Shown: in pieces, positions 58,861-64,000 of the stretch
Position numbering within the stretch: position 1 is the stretch's first letter
Layout of the letters: every line of letters starts with the position of its first letter
DNA from: an uncultured Candidatus Saccharibacteria bacterium
GTDB taxonomy: Bacteria; Patescibacteriota; CPR2; UBA1875; CAIMLA01
Length of the DNA stretch: 64,000 bases
Reading direction: 5' to 3'
Assembly: GCA_964501135.1 (NCBI GenBank)
Contig: CAZCRI010000003.1
Coordinates: 18,654-82,653, forward strand
Made by a program: the position numbers and the translations under genes
The notes under the pieces: model-generated
What the model saw: only the letters and a program-made list of their open reading frames with translations
Database searches by the model: none
What the model was told of the DNA's origin: nothing

Positions 58861-59109
58861 CTACCAGTCTCGCTGATGCTCAGGTACACCACATGCCGCT
58901 AACCAACAGTATCGCACTGCTCGATAGCCGAGATATATGGGTATCCACGAGAGGATAGCCAATCCCTCCTTCCAATTCGGCAGATCCTTCGGCGCCCCCT
59001 CGCTGAAAACAACCCAAAGTAGGGCAACGGCGCCGATCAGCCACAGCAGACCGATGGCCGCGAAAGGAGCAATCTGGACAAACTGGAACAACGTCATCGT
59101 AGACCCCAA
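58861..59109 (-). CDS. Hypothetical small membrane protein (82 aa; may start at second ATG 59097)
   Basis: Two hydrophobic helices; downstream of promoter P1. Confidence 0.45.
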   Translation of the reverse strand: MGSTMTLFQFVQIAPFAAIGLLWLIGAVALLWVVFSEGAPKDLPNWKEGLAILSWIPIYLGYRAVRYCWLAACGVPEHQRDW

Positions 59110-59156
59110 TCTATGGTACGCGCCGCCAGGCGCTTTATACCTGACTTTGTGCCGGT

Positions 59157-59185
59157 ATTATATGCCGAAAACCGGCAATAATCAA
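59157..59185 (-). promoter_or_regulatory. Promoter P1 TTGATT-N17-TATAAT inside high-GC island
   Basis: Minus strand ttgatt (59180-59185) 17-nt spacer tataat (59157-59162). Confidence 0.5.
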
Positions 59186-59316
59186 CGTTTTTAACGCCAA
59201 TTTGCCCTGTGGCGCGTCTACAGCCCCTAGAACACACGATTAATATGACGCGTCTAAAATACGACCACCTAAATACTCCTTGCTTCAGCAAGGGAAGAAA
59301 CGAGATTAGTACCAAT

Positions 59317-59345
59317 CAAAAAGACCTCATTACTGAGGTCTTTTT
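59317..59345 (-). terminator. Rho-independent terminator after fusA
   Basis: aaaaagacctcattactgaggtctttttg. Confidence 0.75.
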
Positions 59346-59370
59346 GTATACAAGAGTTGTACAATCTACT

Positions 59371-61491
59371 TTATTCTGCCTGTTTCTTACCGCGCTTAGC
59401 GATAATTTCCTGGGCAACATTTCCTGGTACTTCCTCGTAGTGATCAAACTCCATAGTACTAGTACCACGACCTTGAGTCATCGAGCGAAGGTTGGTAGCA
59501 TAACCAAACATCTCAGCAAGTGGGACGAAAGCATCTACAATCTTGGCGTTACCACGATCTGACATCTGCTGAATGCGTCCACGCTTTGAGTTTAGGTCAC
59601 CCATAATATCACCCATATACTCTTCTGGTACGGTAACTTCTACCTTCATGATAGGCTCAAGGATGATAGGAGTAGCCTTGCGTACACCTTCCTGAAGCGC
59701 CATGGAACCGGCAATTTTGAAGGCCATTTCGTTCGAGTCAACCTCGTGAAATGAACCGTCATAAAGAGTAACCTTGACGTCAACTACTGGATAACCAGCG
59801 ATAACACCATTGTCGAGAGCTTCCTTGATACCGTTTTGTACCGGGTTGATATATTCTTTTGGAATCGCGCCACCAACAATCTTGTTAATAAACTCAAATC
59901 CTAGACCTTCTTCGTTAGGCTCAATCTCAATCCAAACATGACCATACTGACCACGTCCACCAGACTGACGAACAAACTTACCTTCTTGTTTTACCTTGCC
60001 CTTGATAGACTCACGATAAGCAACCTGAGGTTTACCAACATTTGCCTCGACCTTGAACTCTCGCTTCATACGATCTACAAGGATATCTAGGTGAAGCTCA
60101 CCCATACCAGCGATAATGGTCTGACCAACTTCTTCGTCCGTATGTACACGGAAAGTAGGATCTTCTTCTGCAAGACGTGCAAGTGCCATGCCCATCTTAT
60201 CTTGGTCGGCTTTTGTCTTAGGCTCTATAGCAATCTCGATAACTGGCTCTGGGAATGTAATATTCTCAAGCTTGATTGGATGTGCTACATCGCAAAGAGT
60301 ATCGCCAGTAGTGGTCTTACCAAGACCAACAGCGGCTGCAATATCACCTGAATAAACTTCACTTAGCTCTTCTCTGTGATTTGCGTGCATCTGTACGATA
60401 CGACCGATACGCTCCTTGCTACCAGTAGTGGCATTTAGGACGTATGAACCCTTCTGTAGAACACCACGATATACACGGAAGAAGATAAGCTTACCAACGA
60501 AAGGGTCTGCGGCTACCTTGAAAGCAAGGGCTGCAAATGGCTCATCGTCAGTAGCTGAGATCGCGAGATCATCACCAGTCTTCTCATCGACAGCGTGTGC
60601 TGGAATAACATCAAGTGGTGATGGTAGATAGTCGATGATAGCATCTACAAGTATAGAAACGATTACACCACGACCATCTCCGCCCAAATATGGATAGAAA
60701 TTACCAGAAACTGTCGCTTTACGGACTAGTTTTTTCAACTCTTCAGCAGTAAATGTTCCACCTGCAAGGTATTTTTCCATAGCATCATCGTCATATTCGA
60801 CGACTTTTTCGATAAGCTCTTCACGGTACTTCTCTACCTTGTCCATCATATCTGCAGGAACCTCGACTTCTTCGAGCTTCTTGTCAGTATACTCTTTGTA
60901 CATATAGGCTTTCATCTCGATAAGATCGACGGCACCCTTGATAGTCTGCTCATGACCGATCGGTAAGAAAATAGGATATGCATTTTTAGATAGTCTATCG
61001 CGAACAGAGTCGAGAGTCTTATAAAAGTCTCCACCTGTCTGGTTGATCTTGTTGGCGAAAAACATACGAGGAACGCTGTATTTGTCAGCCTGACGCCATA
61101 CTGTCTCAGACTGTGGCTCTACGCCCATCTTGCCATCCAAAATAACGACAGCACCGTCTAGTACACGCAAAGAACGCTCTACTTCTACAGTAAAGTCCAC
61201 GTGACCAGGAGTGTCGATGATATTGATACGGTGTTTTTTCCAGAAACAAGTAGTAGCAGCGGAAGTAATCGTGATACCACGCTCTTGTTCTTGCTCCATC
61301 CAGTCCATAGTTGCGGCACCTTCATGCACTTCACCGATCTTGTGAACACGTCCTGAGATATACAAGATACCTTCTGTGACAGTGGTCTTACCTGCATCGA
61401 TGTGCGCAATAGTACCAATATTTCTAGTTTTTTCGAGTGAATATTCTCTAGGCATATAGTTAAGCTCCAATTTCCAAGTACCAAATTCCAA
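59371..61491 (-). CDS. fusA: Elongation factor G
   Basis: [21 protein letters not shown] motifs; 706 aa. Confidence 0.97.
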   Translation of the reverse strand: MEFGTWKLELNYMPREYSLEKTRNIGTIAHIDAGKTTVTEGILYISGRVHKIGEVHEGAATMDWMEQEQERGITITSAATTCFWKKHRINIIDTPGHVDFTVEVERSLRVLDGAVVILDGKMGVEPQSETVWRQADKYSVPRMFFANKINQTGGDFYKTLDSVRDRLSKNAYPIFLPIGHEQTIKGAVDLIEMKAYMYKEYTDKKLEEVEVPADMMDKVEKYREELIEKVVEYDDDAMEKYLAGGTFTAEELKKLVRKATVSGNFYPYLGGDGRGVIVSILVDAIIDYLPSPLDVIPAHAVDEKTGDDLAISATDDEPFAALAFKVAADPFVGKLIFFRVYRGVLQKGSYVLNATTGSKERIGRIVQMHANHREELSEVYSGDIAAAVGLGKTTTGDTLCDVAHPIKLENITFPEPVIEIAIEPKTKADQDKMGMALARLAEEDPTFRVHTDEEVGQTIIAGMGELHLDILVDRMKREFKVEANVGKPQVAYRESIKGKVKQEGKFVRQSGGRGQYGHVWIEIEPNEEGLGFEFINKIVGGAIPKEYINPVQNGIKEALDNGVIAGYPVVDVKVTLYDGSFHEVDSNEMAFKIAGSMALQEGVRKATPIILEPIMKVEVTVPEEYMGDIMGDLNSKRGRIQQMSDRGNAKIVDAFVPLAEMFGYATNLRSMTQGRGTSTMEFDHYEEVPGNVAQEIIAKRGKKQAE

Positions 61492-61566
61492 ATAATTTCG
61501 CGGATTTTAGTATTGGAACTTAGGTATTTATTTGTTATTTGTCGTTTGATATTTGCAATTTATCAA

Positions 61567-62043
61567 TTAGTAACGAGCAAAGTGAGCAAAAGCCTTGTTG
61601 GCTTCGGCCATACGGTGAGTATCTTCCTTTTTCTTCATGGCGATACCAATGCTGTTGTAAGCATCAACTAGCTCAAGGGCGAGTGCCTTTGAGAAGTCCA
61701 TACCCTTACGGTTGCGGGCAGCATCACGAATCCAGCTGAAGCCGTAGTGCATACGACGATCACCCTTTACTTCCATCGGTACCTGGTATGTAGCACCACC
61801 GATGCGGCGTGATTTTACCTGAACTACCGGTGAAACGTTCTTGATGGCGGTTTCGAAGATTTCCAAAGCTGGCTTACCCAGCTTCTTCTCGGCTTCTTCC
61901 ATTGCTCCGTATACTAGGTTCTGAGCAAGACTCTTCTTGCCGTCGAGCATTACCTTGTTGATAAATTTGGACACGATTACGCTACCATACTTTGCGTCTG
62001 GTAACAGGATTCTTTTTTCTACTTTTCTAGGATCTCTTGGCAT
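61567..62043 (-). CDS. rpsG: 30S ribosomal protein S7
   Basis: Family match. Confidence 0.95.
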   Translation of the reverse strand: MPRDPRKVEKRILLPDAKYGSVIVSKFINKVMLDGKKSLAQNLVYGAMEEAEKKLGKPALEIFETAIKNVSPVVQVKSRRIGGATYQVPMEVKGDRRMHYGFSWIRDAARNRKGMDFSKALALELVDAYNSIGIAMKKKEDTHRMAEANKAFAHFARY

Positions 62044-62150
62044 ACTTCTCCTTCGTAAGAGTCAGGATTTGCCCTGCTCTCGATGAATACTTTAGCTGCT
62101 CTCTACCCAGGTGGAGCAGCTAATAGCACTGCATTTATTTATAATTTGTA

Positions 62151-62558
<408 letters not shown>

Positions 62559-62599
62559 ATTTTCCCTTTTCCTTTGAAAATCTTATAGATTTTAACAAA

Positions 62600-64000
62600 T
62601 TATTTGTTCTTTTGCAATGATTGAGCAAAGCCCGTTCCGGCTGGAATCAGCTTACCAATAATCACATTCTCTTTAAGACCTTTGAGTTCGTCGACCTTAC
62701 CGGCTACTGCGGCGCTAATAAGTACTCTGCTAGTTTCCTGGAAGGAAGCTGCAGAGAGGAAGCTATCGGTTGTGATAGAAACCTTGGTAATCGAGAGGAG
62801 AAGGTTTGTAAATTCAGCAATCTTCTTTTTCTCTTTCTTTGTCTTGTTGTTCGTACGCTGCATTGCAGAACGAGAAACAATTTCACCAGCGATAAAGTTG
62901 GTATCATTTGCCTCGTCAATGCGGCAGCGTGAGAACATCTGACGGATAATAATTTCGATGTGCTTGTCATTGATCGTCTGACCCTGAGAAGCATATGTCT
63001 GCTGAACTTCAGTCATGATGTAACGTTCTACTGCGTTCTCACCCATAAGCTTCAGCGCATCCTGTAGATTCCATGAACCTTCAGTAATTTGGTGACCAAC
63101 CTCTACTGTGTCACCATCTTTGACGTAAACACCTACCTGCTGAGGAACTTCGTAGCTCTTGATTTCAGCATCGCGGACTACGCGAAGGGTACCATCTTTG
63201 ATCTTAACGATACCGGCATTCTTTGCCTTTACAGGCTTCTTACCGTCCTTGGTAGCGAGAACGTCCTTCATCTCGACCTTCTGATTGTTCTTGACCTCTG
63301 GTGTTAGACCAGTCATGTCATAAACATCTTCGGAAAGTACATCTGAAACAATGTCGATCTTGTGCTTACCGTTAGCGTTGGTGATCACAATCTTACCCGA
63401 AATTTCGGCTAGAATTGCCTGACCCTTTGGCTGACGAGCTTCGAAAAGCTCTTCTACACGAGGCAGACCCTGTGTGATGTCAACGCCAGCAATACCACCA
63501 GCATGGAAGGTTCTCATCGTTAGCTGTGTACCAGGCTCACCGATAGATTGTGCGGCGATAATACCGACAGCTTCACCGAGAGCGATCAAACCACCACGTG
63601 CTAAGTCGGAACCATAACAGTGTTGGCAGATTCCCCACTCTGACTCACAGGTGAGTGCAGAACGGATCGTAACTTCAGTAATCTGAGCGACATCAAGCTT
63701 GGCAAATTCATCAGTGCCGATAAGCGTACCCTTCTTGAGGATAATCTCACCAGTTTTCTCGTCCACTGCGTCTTTGGCAAGCACACGGCTGATAACGCGA
63801 GCCGAGAAATCTTCACCAATTTTCTTAGATTCAGTCTTGGTGATGACAGTACCATTCTTGGTACCACAATCCTTCTCGGTAACAACAACTTCCTGGGAAA
63901 CGTCTACCAAACGACGTGTCAGGTATCCAGAGTCGGAAGTCTTAAGCGCGGTATCGGAAAGACCCTTACGTGCGCCGTGAGTTGATGAGAAGTATTCTAG
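62600..64000 (-). CDS. rpoC: DNA-directed RNA polymerase beta-prime subunit, C-terminal part (5' end outside window)
   Basis: Frame stays open to the window edge: ...EYFSSTHGARKGLSDTALKTSDSGYLTRRLVDVSQE... Confidence 0.9.
   Translation of the reverse strand, partial: LEYFSSTHGARKGLSDTALKTSDSGYLTRRLVDVSQEVVVTEKDCGTKNGTVITKTESKKIGEDFSARVISRVLAKDAVDEKTGEIILKKGTLIGTDEFAKLDVAQITEVTIRSALTCESEWGICQHCYGSDLARGGLIALGEAVGIIAAQSIGEPGTQLTMRTFHAGGIAGVDITQGLPRVEELFEARQPKGQAILAEISGKIVITNANGKHKIDIVSDVLSEDVYDMTGLTPEVKNNQKVEMKDVLATKDGKKPVKAKNAGIVKIKDGTLRVVRDAEIKSYEVPQQVGVYVKDGDTVEVGHQITEGSWNLQDALKLMGENAVERYIMTEVQQTYASQGQTINDKHIEIIIRQMFSRCRIDEANDTNFIAGEIVSRSAMQRTNNKTKKEKKKIAEFTNLLLSITKVSITTDSFLSAASFQETSRVLISAAVAGKVDELKGLKENVIIGKLIPAGTGFAQSLQKNK

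Overview
The window is a compact, gene-dense bacterial segment of about 45% GC. The ribosomal superoperon (str, S10, spc and alpha operons) lacks L30 (rpmD), adk and map, and several r-proteins carry terminal extensions. This pattern is typical of Candidate Phyla Radiation / Patescibacteria such as Saccharibacteria. The standard genetic code is used.

Genes present:
- topA, a SigH-like sigma factor, an ArsR-family regulator, rarA.
- A Type III R-M-like operon: mod, an unknown gene, res, and a coupled membrane protein.
- A two-gene cassette: a protein with a sigma-70 region-4 domain, and a membrane-anchored VirD4/TraD-like ATPase.
- The cell-wall/division cluster on the minus strand: mraZ, rsmH, ftsL, ftsI, mraY, ftsW, murG, ftsQ.
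- rplA, rplK, nusG, secE.
- A Dcm methyltransferase with a putative restriction endonuclease and a NUDIX hydrolase.
- tRNA-Trp, rpmG, tRNA-Thr, tRNA-Tyr, tRNA-Thr.
- A TPR protein, ricT, holB, a pseudouridine synthase, a TrkA-type K+ channel.
- A long r-protein run from rpsI to rplC.
- Then rpsJ, tuf, fusA, rpsG, rpsL and the 3' part of rpoC.

Most notable observations:
- At least four short high-GC islands (55-63% GC) in a 45% GC background. Two of them sit inside the normally invariant str/S10 ribosomal operon junctions (fusA|tuf and rpsJ|rplC). They bring their own consensus promoters and small membrane/unknown genes.
- A perfect 32-bp four-half-site palindrome occurs three times around an ArsR-like regulator, linking the sigma factor, rarA and a high-GC island gene.
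- A Type III R-M-like operon with an extra 185-aa gene between mod and res.
- A family of intergenic structured repeats: a ~170-bp inverted-repeat pair, H1-H2-M hairpin modules, and a dispersed hairpin+AATGAC motif.

I found no rRNA, CRISPR array or transposase.
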